A stretch of 64,000 nucleotides of DNA. Origin: Lingula anatina. Lineage: Eukaryota > Animalia > Brachiopoda. Each line of letters starts with the position of its first letter. Position 1 is the first letter of the stretch. The DNA lies in the NCBI GenBank assembly GCA_051362555.1, contig CM120646.1, forward strand, positions 5,394,001-5,458,000, in the 5' to 3' direction. The position numbers were made by a program, and so were the translations under genes. Positions 1 to 12,426 of the stretch are shown one piece after another. Below the pieces are notes generated by a model, which was given only the letters and a program-made list of their open reading frames with translations, was not told where the DNA came from and ran no database searches.

Positions 1-810
1 GTCCTGCCATAGTCTACGAGATGGCTCCATTGGGGAAGCGTCCAGAGAGCCCTGCCATGGTCCGTCTACAAGGTGGCTGCATTGGGGAAACGTCCAAGGC
101 ATATGGTGTTTCAATGAGATGAAAACCGTTAAAGGTAAGCCTGATTGCAGAGTAATAATAATAATAATAATAATAATAGTAATAATAATAGCAACAATAA
201 TAAAAACAATAATAAGAATAATTATTTTGATAATCTTTATTGAAATATTGCTGACATAGGTAGGAAAACTCGTTAATTTTCCTTTTTTCTTCCTGTTTAC
301 AGAACCCCATTCTTGCGATTCTCGACAGCGCTCCCACTGAAAACTGCAAGGAGAAGAAGGCCACATCTACATGTCACATACTTCGATCATTCCTTGGTGC
401 CAACGAGTCCTGCCATAGTCTACGAGATGGCTCCATTGGGGAAGCGTCCAGAGAGCCCTGCCATGGTCCGTCTACAAGGTGGCTGCATTGGGGAAACGTC
501 CAAGGCATATGGTGTTTCAATGAGATGAAAACCGTTAAAGGTAAGCCTGATTGCAGAGTAATAATAATAATAATAATAGTAATAATAATAGCAACAATAA
601 TAAAAATAATAATAAGAATAATTATTTTGATAATCTTTATTAAAATATTGCTGACATAGGTAGGAAAACTCGTTAATTTTCCTTTTTTCTTCCTGTTTAC
701 AGAACCCCATTCTTGCGATTCTCGACAGCGCTCCCACTGAAAACTGCAAGGAGAAGAGGGCCACATCTACACGTCACATACGTCGATCAATCCTTGGTGC
801 CAGCGAGTCC
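1..810 (+). repeat. Tandem duplication of a ~400-406 bp exon+intron unit (continues off the left edge)
   Basis: 1-406 and 407-~810 are nearly identical. Each has a donor AAAG|GTAAGC (135, 541), an (AAT)n-containing intron and an acceptor CCTGTTTACAG (301-302, 701-702). The introns differ by two AAT units. Confidence 0.9.
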
Positions 811-1075
811 TGCCTTGGTCCGTCTACGAGGTGGTTGCATTGGGGAAGCGTCCAGCGAGTCCTGCCATGGTCCGTCTACGAGGTGGCTGCATTGGGGAAG
901 CGTCCAGCGAGTCCTGCCATGGTCCGTCTACGAGGTGGCTGCGTCCACTGAGCCCTGCTATGGTCCGTGAACGAGGTGGCTGCGTCCACCGAGCCCTGCT
1001 ATGGTTCGTGTACGAGGTGGCTGCATTGGGGTAGCGTCCATCTAGCCCTGCCATGGTCCGTGTACGAAGTGGCGT
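807..1075 (+). repeat. GC-rich minisatellite, 52-bp unit with ~41-bp variants
   Basis: The unit GTCCTGCCATGGTCCGTCTACGAGGTGGCTGCATTGGGGAAGCGTCCAGCGA starts at 807, 859 and 911. Shorter variants start near 950 and 991, and related units occur at 1-97 and 407-503. Confidence 0.9.
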
Positions 1076-4000
1076 CTGGTCCGATGATTGTCCACTGTCA
1101 CAAGGTTAAAATGGAGAAAGCGATATCAGCATATGGGATTTCAAGAGACCTTGCCTAGTTGTGATACCATTGGGACTTGGGCCCTTTAAGGTAAGTTTTG
1201 GGCCAGGGTAAGGGGTGATAAATGCACTAAATTGTTATTCATACTATAGATATTATAAATTTTGTGCAAGGCCTTAGACAAAATTGCTTTAAATTACTGT
1301 TCGGAAACCGTTTTCTAGTAACTAAATGTAGATATTTGTTTTATATTTACTCAAGGAAATTGACATTTTAGAATCCAAAAACTTTCAATTTGTCACAAAC
1401 TTGAAAAAAGAATTCATGCAAAATATTGACAAGCTATCGACCAACTTTCAGGTCTTCATCAGTCCTCGGTCTCCAAGTGACGTTGTTTAACTGGTCTAGA
1501 GTGCTAGAAACTAACACCCCACCACCCCAAGTGCTGTGGTTGTGGTACTAAGAGGCCATCGTACAGGTAAGCATCTGTTTTCAGCTGTTTATATGGTCGA
1601 GTTCGTTAGGCGTTTTCGTGATCCATATGCCTTCCTATATTTTTCTTATGCTCTAGTCGCTTTCTTTTTGTAGAATATTGGCACTCTCCTTTACCATGTG
1701 GTTTTCTTAAGTTAATATAGAATATATAGAAAATAGATATAGATATAGAAAAAAATAAAGTAGAAAAAACAAATTAGAAAAAAATAACCAAAGCCTTATG
1801 AAACGCCAAAATACTTATTAGTTTTAACATTAGTTTTAACAGTGTGTAAATACCAGTGTCATATCCTTTGTTGCAATTACTGCAAGCTTTCCATTGCTTT
1901 TCATACTTGAGTGAACATGTTGCATTTCATTTGTAGGCTACGAAAGGGCAGTTTTCCAACATTAATGCCCGAAAGCAGATACCAACAATCCTAGCCCAAA
2001 TTTCTAAGATGTGAAACACAAAATGGAGCTAGCAACGAGCCACGTAGCCACTTTCATTCATGATCGGACGTCCTAGCTGTCTTGGTTTTTAAGGACACAA
2101 CTTATCTGCCAAAAAATTAAGTGAATGTGGAACGGTAATGATACGAAGAGCAATATATTTAAGAGGAATACAATCTAATGTCTTTTGGATATTGAGATTT
2201 TTTGCGGTTCATGGGTCACGGATATGAGTCGGGTGTAATTGCATCTATCAAGTTATTTCAATAGCTTGAGAGAACTGATGTTTGGGATGATCATTAATAA
2301 TTCCATAAATGGTCAATTGAATAAGATATATTGTGGTTCTGCCTCTACAGTTATTATAATAATCATAAAATGATATCCAGATGCTTTTATCCACATTCTA
2401 AATGCAGATAGGTTTTAGCTCACAAAAACATTGGTATTGCCAACACTAATGGTCGTCTGTGCTTTATTTCAATCTTAGTGATGTAGTCATTTTTCAAATT
2501 TGTGCTTTTGATGATGTGGAATTGTTCGTCAGTATAGCGTTTGAGAAGATCATAACCCGCACACTAACAACCCTCACAACTTTGTAAAATCTGACTTGAT
2601 GTAAATGTTTTTACATGAAGAGGTTTTACATTGATAGCTGGTGCAAAATCTTTAATGAAATATTTTACGTTTGAGAAAATACTTCATTATATTTTTTGCA
2701 CGCAGTCTGCTCCTTGTGAGAGATGGCTGGGTGCACACAGGCATCTCTCAAGATGGAGCATCCCACATTACTAACATTACTAATCTTATGATTTTCTCAA
2801 GTGTTATAGTTGACAAACATGTCCAGTTCATCACAAATGCACCTTTTCTCCGGATCAAAAAATTCATATTGAAATTTACATGGACGGTCATGCAGTGTAA
2901 TGTGAGATCTCGAATATTTCGAAGCAAGCTTGCTTTATTCTTTACTTGTATCATAAAGGAAGTTTCTATTTCAGGGCAAAATGACATTTATGAAACTTCT
3001 GTTGTAAACCTAGTTATATGTCAAAGTTTAGTTTAAATCATTGAGGTGCCGGAGTTATAATCATATTCCCCGAATCTTTGTGTGTATTTTATACTTAGAA
3101 AGAACTATAATCGAGTCTTGATGGGTGTTTTCACTTGTAAAGGATTGAGTCACTTTTATGACTTCATCCCCTTGGGTACAGTTAAAGTTGGTCTCGGTTT
3201 AATTATGTTAAGACTGTAGTACATGTAAATGTCTCAATTGTACCTTGATACCTCTTTTTGTAAGAATTACTTTGGTAAATTAATTCTTGTGCTTCATCAC
3301 GTGTACCAGTATAGCGTACTTAGAGAATAGATTGTAATCATGACAGAAAGACTGTTTATTCAGCCGCACCATGCTGTCTGAAACTGAATGTTTTTGAGCT
3401 GTAAAGAAACTGACATAGGCCCTATTGTAAAGACTGAAATATCCGGGCGTGGGCATTTTCCCGGCATTCCCCACGAAGGGTTTAGACGGGTTTTTCCCCA
3501 CGGCCCGCAAGCATTGGGTACCAGCTTCCGACCACAAGACCAGCATTATCAGACTTTTTGCGTTGTGGTGTTAGATGATAAAGACATGAATGGAAAATAA
3601 AACTACCATTTATTGATTCATTGCGTTGACATAATTCATGACATTGAATGTTTCTGTTAAAATTGTACATTATAGTTGAATAAAAACCATAATCTATATT
3701 TTCTTTTTGTTAAAAAAACGGAAGGCGTGTACAGGTGGCAAAATAATTGAATCGACTATTTAGCTTGGTCCACCCACTCCACTTGAACAACTAGATACAG
3801 TTCACGCATTCTGCATCCCCTTTCATCTAAATATTTGCACCACTTTATTGCGAATGAATTCACCCCGATTTCGGTAACGCTCACCATCAAACGCGACATT
3901 CAAGCTGCTTCATTTTCTGTCTCGGGATCCTGCTTGTAACGCGACTCCTGACGTGCGCGCTTATTCCTTTTTCACCCTGTGTGAATATTGTCTTTTCCAT

Positions 4001-4799
4001 CCAATCATAAAAGGTGTATCAAAACACGTTTCCTTGATAAACACATTTTACCCACTATGCCTGATCTAGAATATCTTTCATAATTCTATTTGAATTAAAA
4101 CAATTGCAACAAGATTGTTGCAATTATGACAGCCAATTTATTTGATTGAATGCCTATCCCTTGCAAAAAAGTACATCTTAAATAAATAAATAAATAAAAT
4201 AAATGAATAAAATAAAATAAATATTGAAAATAATGACAAAAATGTTTTGATGGACTTACAATGTATCAATAAAAGAGTGCTTGGCCAGATACTGGTTCGA
4301 CTTGAACTTCTGTTTTTCCCAGAGATGGAAATCAACAGAAACATGTGATCGTTAACTAATGAGCCTGTCCCCACCAGGCAGTCATAACCCGATCATGCTA
4401 ATTTCTGTCATTGCAACTCGTGACAATTTGTTATGATAAAATGTCATTATTCAGAATCAAACTTTACTGAGGTTAAAGTGTCTTTCAATATTGTTATGTA
4501 AAAACAATTATCCACAGTGTTGGCTTTCACAGCATGATGTTAACCTTGCACGTATGCGGACACCCTAAATATCTGAACTTCAGACAAAAATAATGAGTTC
4601 AGTTACGTCTATCAAAAGTTATGAAAGCATCGTTCCAAATATAGCGTGCGTTTCTGTAAACAGATTTGGAATAACAATGATGAACTAGCTTGCAAAAAAT
4701 GTATACATAAACGTTTTTGTTCTCCATTCTGTAATCTGCTTGTAACATGTATCTGGCTTATACTGCCTTTTATAAGGAGTCAATAGTGCTGGTGCTGGT

Positions 4800-4964
4800 G
4801 CTGGGGGGGGGGGGGGGGTTCGGGGTGTTCGAAAGAACCGCCCCTTTTGTCACGAAAAGGTCCATTTTGGGTAAAATTTTATCTAGGTACACATAAGTTT
4901 CATTGTAAAAGGTCTATTTTTCAGAAAAAGAACCCCCCTTTTTGAATTTGCTGGCTACGGGCCT
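4800..4964 (-). mobile_element. Partial copy of the ~166-bp MITE with CAGGCCCGTAGCCAG TIRs
   Basis: Ends in CTGGCTACGGGCCTG. The interior is the reverse complement of the 12427-12592 copy, and the left TIR is degraded. Confidence 0.75.
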
Positions 4965-5493
4965 GTTATATACATTCTACGTGGTCCATTGGCAAGCATT
5001 GATTCCAGAATAACCGCCGATAACCGCTGTTTTGGTGATAAAAAATAGAATTTATTATATTTCTATGAGTCGTTTACAATATATTTATTGTGAAATATGG
5101 ATCTCACACGAAGAGTTGTCATCCCTGTAACAAAAAAATGAAGCAACTTGCCTAACGAACCTTTAACTACCACTCCGCAGGGAAGGAGGGTCAGCATGAG
5201 GGGGGGGGTAACTATATATAACTATATATATAAACTGATAAAGTCTGTAAGCAGAGGAAATATTGGCCGGCAAGGTATCCGATTATTTCTAAAACAATTG
5301 ACGAAGTAGCTTTTGCATTTCTGTTTTAAAGCATATGTGTTATACTAATGTGAAGTACCGGTACAGCACATTTTCTTTTATATTTAATTTCCCTTTATTG
5401 TAAATGCTATATGTAAAGATTTGCATTATAGGTTATTGTAAATACCGTTATTTAGTAGGAGTGTTTCTTATAAGGTATACGAGTTCGTGTAAT

Positions 5494-5548
<55 letters not shown>

Positions 5549-5801
5549 TGTGTTTATACTGTGCTTTTAAACTGTGTAACGTCTTGTCCCCATATTGAAA
5601 AAGTCCCGTGTTTATTGATGTTAAATGATAAAAAATATTTCCCTGCACAGCTGCAGAATATAAGACCTTTAGCTCCTGAAACTTAGAAATTAGGTTACTC
5701 GATAAGGTCGCGTCACCCCGGAACTTGAGGCTTCATCAAATCACTGGCACATGAATTAGTCAACCGCACGAATGTACAGCATATGTTGTTTTTGTGTGCA
5801 G

Positions 5802-6370
5802 AGTTTGAAGAAGTGATAACTAAAAAGTTGGTATGTTGATTTTACCGTTTGTTTTAAAGTGATTTGCTATTTGTTTTTAAAAGTATTTCCAGCAGTAACA
5901 GTATATATTCTTTTGCCAAATGTAATACTGAGAAGCCTCATAGAATTAACATGCATGAAGGACGCTTACAGATGGTAAGAAATTTTGCTTCCTCATATCG
6001 TCACGTATTCTTGGCAAATCTAAACAGAGGGCGATGACATATTTCAGTTTCTTTTTGTCCTGTGTTGAGGAAAAACCTTACCATATTGTATGACAGAAAA
6101 ACCTTTGTGTCAGGGAAAGAGTTAATTTTTTCGATCCTCGTTGTCTGTTTCTCAGTCAATAGAATTTCCAGAAGTTCCAGTCAACAGAATACCAAGCTGA
6201 GCAATTCCCCACGATCATAACTTGTTATCAAGAAGCCTGTTTATATGTTATAGTTCTGATGTTAGGAAATCCATCACCTAATTTTGAACCTTGTACTACT
6301 AATGGTTTGTTTTCAGCAGTTTTGAAGGGGTAAAAAGCCATCCTGTGTGTGGCTGGAACTGGTGATCGGG
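5802..6370 (+). other. Possible 5' UTR exons of the CCP/PAN receptor gene (5802-5830, 5893-5974, 6317-6370)
   Basis: Acceptor/donor pairs TGCAG..GTATG and TTCCAGCAG..GTAAG, plus a TTTCAGCAG acceptor upstream of the ATG at 6371. Splice-motif evidence only. Confidence 0.35.
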
Positions 6371-9300
6371 ATGGACCGGATGTCGTTAATATTGGTTCTG
6401 TGTCTGTGTGGGATTTTCTCCTCTCGCTCAGTGTTCGGGGGTAAGTTCACAATAAATAATATTAAAGGGATAATAACTCTTCGTTTTGGCCAAAAAATGA
6501 ATTTTTCCTGGAGTAAGCAACAATTTTCCCATACTTACCAATGGTTAATGAATCCATTTTTACATTCAAAGTTAGTCCCTGTTTTTTTTTTCTAAAAAGT
6601 TTGGTATTTTGTTAAAGTCTCTTAAGAGATTATAACAGAGAATAGCCATCAATGGAGGTCACGTGGTCTGAAGACAAGCTCAGATATCAGAATAATATCT
6701 ATAACTGCTGTTTTTGTCATAAAACAGAATACATTATATTTCTATGAGTTATTCACAATGTTTTATTGTGAAATATAGACCTCATACGAAGAGTTATTAT
6801 CCCTTTAAGTGTTAAAACTCTGCTTTTATATTGTTGCACCTCAATATAGATTACAATAAGGGTTTTTTCCCACAGCTACATTAGTATTACATTCTACCAT
6901 CTTTTTGGTTACATGATTAAGTAATTTGAAAACAAAACTTACATGTATTTACATGCATAGTTTTACTCGTAGATCTCGCTTTGCGGACTATCGAACTCGA
7001 CAAATCGAGTCTCGTCCGCTACACGACAAAACGAACGACTCACACTATTTCTTGCTTACAGAAATTATTTTGACATATCAATTCAAACAAGAGTTGCTTA
7101 CATAAATATTTCAAACTCATCTTCCATTATTGCCTTGTCTCGTGTTCGGAGAAAGAAAAGAGAAAGAGACGGGGAGAGAAAGTCCAATCACCCCACTTGT
7201 GTTCAACACGGGATTGCACTTTGTACTCTCTTAAACAGTTTGACATTTTTATATCGACCAGGAATTATTCACTACAATGCTGTCTAAATAAATACGTGGC
7301 ATCAGAATATGAAAGCATTATTTTTCAGTCATAATGAAGAATTCGGCGCAAAATACATTAGCAATGCCATGTAGGAATAAAAGGATTACGAATACAGTAA
7401 AACTTTGATAGCTTTAATTAACAAGAGTCCCAAGTATTTGGCGCCATCTGTTGACAATGCAATACATGTATAGCGGATTCGGTTCTTGTCCCTTTCAAAA
7501 ATTGGAAAAAAATTCTGAAAGTCTCCCATAGATTCAACCATTTTTTTCAAACCTGTGTTCCGTCATATAAATACATGTACCCTAACTCCGCCGGTGTCCA
7601 TGTGCTTGTAAATGGGTATTGCAAACCCGCCATACGTTCTGACATATCTTAATAACGGAGGATTAAAGGGAAACGTTACTTGCTGGGACCCAAATGACTG
7701 CAATGATAGTTTCTAGTCATTGCAGCCCTTATCCGTGTATTTTGATCACTTCTATGGGGGTTTTCAACTGGGTTCTGATGTCACTGGTGTTCGGTAAGCC
7801 AAGACGAAGTATACAGTATTCCATCAAACGGATCGTGTTTACGATCATTTTCACTCTATGCCCAGTGTTATCATTACTTTGAACACAATAGATTTCACGA
7901 AATTCCGTTATCCCAACTGAAGTCATCTGTCATCTTTAAACTTAATAATCTGGGGGGGGGGGGTTCTATTAAGGCATAGAAAATAGTTTTATACATAGTA
8001 ATACATCACAAAACTGGTCGCTTTTATTTGGCAAAAAGAAAAAAACTTTCATGTGCCGTTAAGGTTTATAGATATACCAACTGCTATATTTCAGAGTGTC
8101 TTAAACCAGGTCTGCCGAACACAGTTTTTGATCCTTCACTTAGCAGTTACTATGACGACGAGACTGTAAACGTCCTATGTGTGGCGCACCTTGTCCTCCT
8201 GACCGGAGAAACACGTTTGACGTGCAGGGAGGGGCGTTGGACTGGAGAATACCCAGTTTGTGGTCGTAAGTCTGTACCCCAAAACTATCTTTAGTGTTCA
8301 ACAGTTGTGTATATATTTAAAGGTAATCTGAACGCATTTAAAAATGCCCCACATTCACATTTTTATCCGGCAGAAAAAAAAATTACATTTCCCAATTCAG
8401 ACCTTAATTGGCTTAAAGACGATGAAATCTTATATTAAAGTACCGAGTGATGTTATAATCTTCTTTGCCTTTCCATGTAGCCATAACTCCTCGCAACGTC
8501 TTTATTTTACACAACATAGGTCCACGATATAAAGAAAGGCACTATTTTCTTGTGTCTTGAAGTAAAAGCGAAGCCAAAGTAAGGGAATGCAGATATCGTC
8601 CTAAAAAACTTTTAAAACTCCTATCATTTAGAACAAAATCATTTAATTTTTTTTAAATATCAAATCCAAGTAATGGGATGAGTCGGGCAATGATGCAAGA
8701 GTTTCCTTTTTTTTTCCAATAAAATTCTTTTTGGCTGGTAAATCCTATGCAGGTAAATCCTTGTGTGTTCAATAGCGAAAGTTTTCGGATTTTCTTCCAG
8801 TGCCAAAATACGTCCAGAAAGTTTACATAGATTACTACAAATTTGGTGGCAAACCTCTGCCTTCGATATCAACAGTGGAGCAATGTCTAGAAACGTGTGC
8901 TAATACCGAGTCCTGTGTAGCGATAGACTGGAAAAATGGCTGGTGTAACCATATTTCTGATACTTCGTGTAGATTGTACAAGCGAAATGGCGCTGTTCAC
9001 TACAGACTGGAGAATGCAGTGGAAAGTTGTGTAGGTGCGTTGCATTTACCTTTGAATAAAGCACGCTCGGTTGTCACTTTGATTGGTGAGTTTGAGTGCG
9101 ATTTGACGACTGTCTCTAGTTTGCTTTGAATTTTTTTAAAAGGCGCGTGTGGGGTATTCTTGTTTCACAACCACTCTCTGTTTTATTTATTTATTTATTT
9201 ATTTTTATTTATTTATTTTTTGTTTTTATTTATTTATTTATTTTTTTGTTTTTATTTATTTATTTTTATTTATTTTTGCTTTATGGTAGACTTGTATATG

Positions 9301-10946
9301 GCATTCTAAGATCATTTTATGTGGTGACAGCCGAGCGCGGAATAAAGTCGATGTTGTTGCATGTCCTTTTGTGAGGGCTGCAAAACAACATATTGACATT
9401 AACCAAAATACGTAATTGTACATGTATAACGTTTTCATGGGTAGGAGCATGCATTGTTTTTACTTTAAAAACATGTACTGCAGAACCTTTATTGAAGTGT
9501 CTTGTACTTTAACCTCCAAACTAGACTTTTCCTGCTCTTCGTGCTCTGGCTCTGGTGGGTGTATACAAAGACGTAAGTATAACAATGAGAGAGGAGTACA
9601 CTACAATGAGACAACCTGCGGCTGCCACCTCGGGTACATGGGGAAAAACTGTTCCCAAAGTGAGTTTTAACAATTTCATTTAGATTTATTTAATTTATTT
9701 ACTGATTTAGATAAAGGTCTATCACGGGAGTAAGAATTTTGTCTAAACCGTAAATTATGCCCAGTAACTGATTTAAAAAGCATGATTTATGCAAAATGCG
9801 ACTGGATAACTAATAGGTCGTTGATTTATGTCCTCGTTGGATTCTTAACTGAATGACATATTTGGTCTGTTTAATGATACAGAACTTTAGCAAGAAATAG
9901 TGGATATTGCAACCGGTTGCAAAATGCGGTCAGTTGCATGACGCGGTTCTATCAGTGGAATTGCATTTTGCAACCAAAGAAAACCATGAATACGCACATG
10001 CACATAAAAAATCTCTCGTGGCCTATAGCCTTCTTTTAAAATATAAATCAATTTGTGGTAGCAACTTTTTTCTATTCGTCATCAATTTTATAAGATGAAT
10101 TTCCCTGTGTGATGGAGGCTTTATTACACAGGAAAATTAAGCATGGAACTATATTCGTTTCAGGATCATGCCAAGCTCCTGCTGCGTTCCAGCACCAAAC
10201 ACGTTCAGAATTACCAGGCGTCGTTCAAGTTGGCAATACGGTTACATATGATTGTGACCACGGTTTCAGATTCCCGGCTTACACAGTCCAAATGACACTC
10301 ACTTGTCAAGAGGACGGAAAATTTGACAGAAACTTGACGGAATGTGCCAGGATCCAGTGTGAACGACCCGATGTCCAATCCAGGGCCGTGCCGTTTCCCG
10401 ACGAAATGTATAGGAACTGGCCAAAGCCCTTCGAGTACGAAGTCCAATTCGGTTGTCAGGAAGGTTACCAGTTTGATGGACGACCACGGGAAGAACTTGT
10501 GGTGCGGCGATGTTCCATGAATGGAACGTTCGACTTGCCGGAGTGCGTACCTTCCGAGTGCCATGTCCTTAGTTTAGGAAACAATACAATTAACTCACAC
10601 TCAGGACGTTCATTGCACTACCAGCAAACTTTACAAGTGAGTTGCATAGAAGGACACAGGTATACCGACGGGAATATAACAATCAATGTTACCTGTTTGG
10701 CCAATGGGAGCCTAAGCTATGGCGCTTTGGAAGATTGCCGGCCAGTAGAGTGCCTGGAGCCAAATGTGGGAAATGCTGCGATTAATTCCACGGCGTCAGC
10801 AACTGGTGTGTATCGGTACCGTGATGTCATCACTATTTCTTGTGATCCTGGGTATATATTGTCAAATAATATTATGGCGGCGTCTGTCAATCTTACATGT
10901 AGCGAAAATGGTACCTTTGAATTCCAGTCCGTGCATTGCGAAAGTA

Positions 10947-10983
<37 letters not shown>

Positions 10984-11922
10984 AGGAATACAAAATCCGC
11001 TCAGTTGATTACACTTACAGAAAAAAGTATACAAGTTCAAAGTGATGACAGAAAATAAAAGATTGCTTTTCTTACACTGCACCAAAGGAAAATACACTGC
11101 AGTCTTTATTTTTTTTCAGAATCCCATGGTGTTTCTTTAAACCCGATTATAGACATTCGTACCTATCTTATAGCAGGAGGTATTGTGGCAGGGATAGTGA
11201 TTTTTTGTCTTCTTATAATCGCAATTTTGTTTACAGGAAGGTAGGTTCTTTGACTTAAATAAAGTCATTGTTTGCTCCTAACATTTCAAATTCTATGCAT
11301 TGTATAAGCAACTAAAACTTTCATTATTTTTTTCACCAATTTTCATTTAGAAAATCGTATTTGCCAAAAGAGTTGGAAGAGCATTGAGGAAGTTATGATT
11401 AAATAAAGTATAAGATGCTTGATACGTGACGTTCACGGTTGTGTACAGTAATATAAGTCCTTTGTTGTCATAAAAAGACCGTATTAAAATTAATTATTAT
11501 AAATTATATATTGACACCTTAGGAGAACTTCCCGCAATTCCAAACGGCACAGTGGTGAGTTACCAGACGTAATCTATCAGAACAGCAACCTTGGCAATAC
11601 AACAGGTACCAGCCAAACCAACATTTTGCTTCCGCGAGATACACCGTCGAATACCTATTCTGCGGATATGACCGGCAGTAGTCAAACTCAACCAAGTAGT
11701 CTGGCTGGCTCGGCTGTGTATGCTGTACCGGACAAAGGAAAGAAAGCGACTGTTCAACTGAACCATGCCGAGATTGAAACAGAAACTGGTTTTCAACATG
11801 AATGTGACTCATGGCCCGACCATAGCGACATCTATAGGGAGTCAGTGTCTCCGCGGCAGTCGACAAATAGAGATGACGCAATCGAGATGATGGAGAACGA
11901 CATTTATGAGAGCAATGAATGA
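6371..11922 (+). CDS. Type I membrane protein, 636 aa: SP-CCP-PAN/Apple-EGF-4xCCP-TM-cytoplasmic tail. Exons 6371-6440, 8095-8265, 8801-9034, 9525-9659, 10164-10943, 11120-11240, 11523-11922
   Basis: All six introns are GT-AG and phase-compatible (1,1,1,1,1,2), total 1911 nt. Signal peptide MDRMSLILVLCLCGIFSSRSVFG. CCP: C..P..C..G..LTC..GRW....PVC. PAN: TVEQCLETCANTESCVAIDW...C. EGF-like: CGCHLGYMGKNC. Four Sushi repeats in ORF 10109-11008. TM: LIAGGIVAGIVIFCLLIIAILF followed by GRRTSR. Stop TGA at 11920-11922. Confidence 0.88.
6466..6804 (+). mobile_element. ~339-bp non-autonomous DNA transposon, Kolobok-like (TTAA TSD)
   Basis: TIRs AGGGATAATAACTCTTCGT / ACGAAGAGTTATTATCCCT, flanked by TTAA on both sides. 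Highly similar copies at 40929-41265 and 53634-53970. Confidence 0.85.
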
Positions 11923-12078
11923 TCTAGCACAACGCCCATGATTTTAAAAGCTATATATGGTTGTTGAAATGGAAAATGGTATTTGTATAATAATAGGATA
12001 CTAATTTAGCATGATACATGTACCCCGTATAATATTATGTTATGTTACTATGTGGAAAGACGATTATTTAGGCCTATA

Positions 12079-12360
12079 CAGGGGCTGATCCAGGGTTACT
12101 TGAAGGGGGGCTCCGGGTTTTTATTACGAATGACAGGCCTCAGATGCGAAGCCAACCCTCCCACCAACCCCCCTCCCTTTGGCGCGGGCCCGCTGAATGG
12201 CCCCTAAAATTTTGGTATTTTAGAGGGCGAACAGTGACATGATTTGGTACAGTTTAAAACTATGATTCAGCTAGTAAAAATTCTAATTTCAAGAGGGGAC
12301 TATTGGTGTGGCTTTTTTCAGAAACCTAAGGGAAGGGGGTCAAGACCTCCCTGACACCCC
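12079..12360 (+). mobile_element. MITE-like repeat of the CAGGGGCAGATCCAGG family
   Basis: Shares its 5' end and internal blocks (AGAGGGCGAACAGTG, ACTATGATTCAGC, AATTTCAAGAGGGGA) with copies at ~13044-13230 and ~16879-17178. Confidence 0.65.
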
Positions 12361-12426
12361 ACACTCTAAATCTGAAACTTATAGGCCAGTTATGTGATGA
12401 CATTCATTCAAAAGTCTTACTTTTTA

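Larger units (their letters stand above)
1..1566 (+). ncRNA. Putative spliced non-coding transcript or UTR exons (<1-134, 303-540, 703-1190, 1452-1566)
   Basis: GTAAG donors at 135, 541, 1191 and 1567, and polypyrimidine-AG acceptors at 302, 702 and 1451. No reading frame continues across the joined exons. Confidence 0.4.

Noticed and set aside
14-766. Minus-strand ORFs with poly-Tyr or poly-Ile
   Set aside because: They are read-throughs of (AAT)n tracts inside + strand introns.
807-1075. Regular repeats as a CRISPR array
   Set aside because: The units are contiguous with no unique spacers, there are no cas genes, and the context is eukaryotic and spliced.
3439-3535. GC-rich patch as a possible tRNA, SINE or structured RNA
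   Set aside because: I could not identify a cloverleaf, A/B boxes or a second copy.
10211-10564. Antisense ORFs over the CCP exon and over several PKHD1L1 exons
   Set aside because: These are shadows of GC-richer coding sequence with no recognisable motifs.
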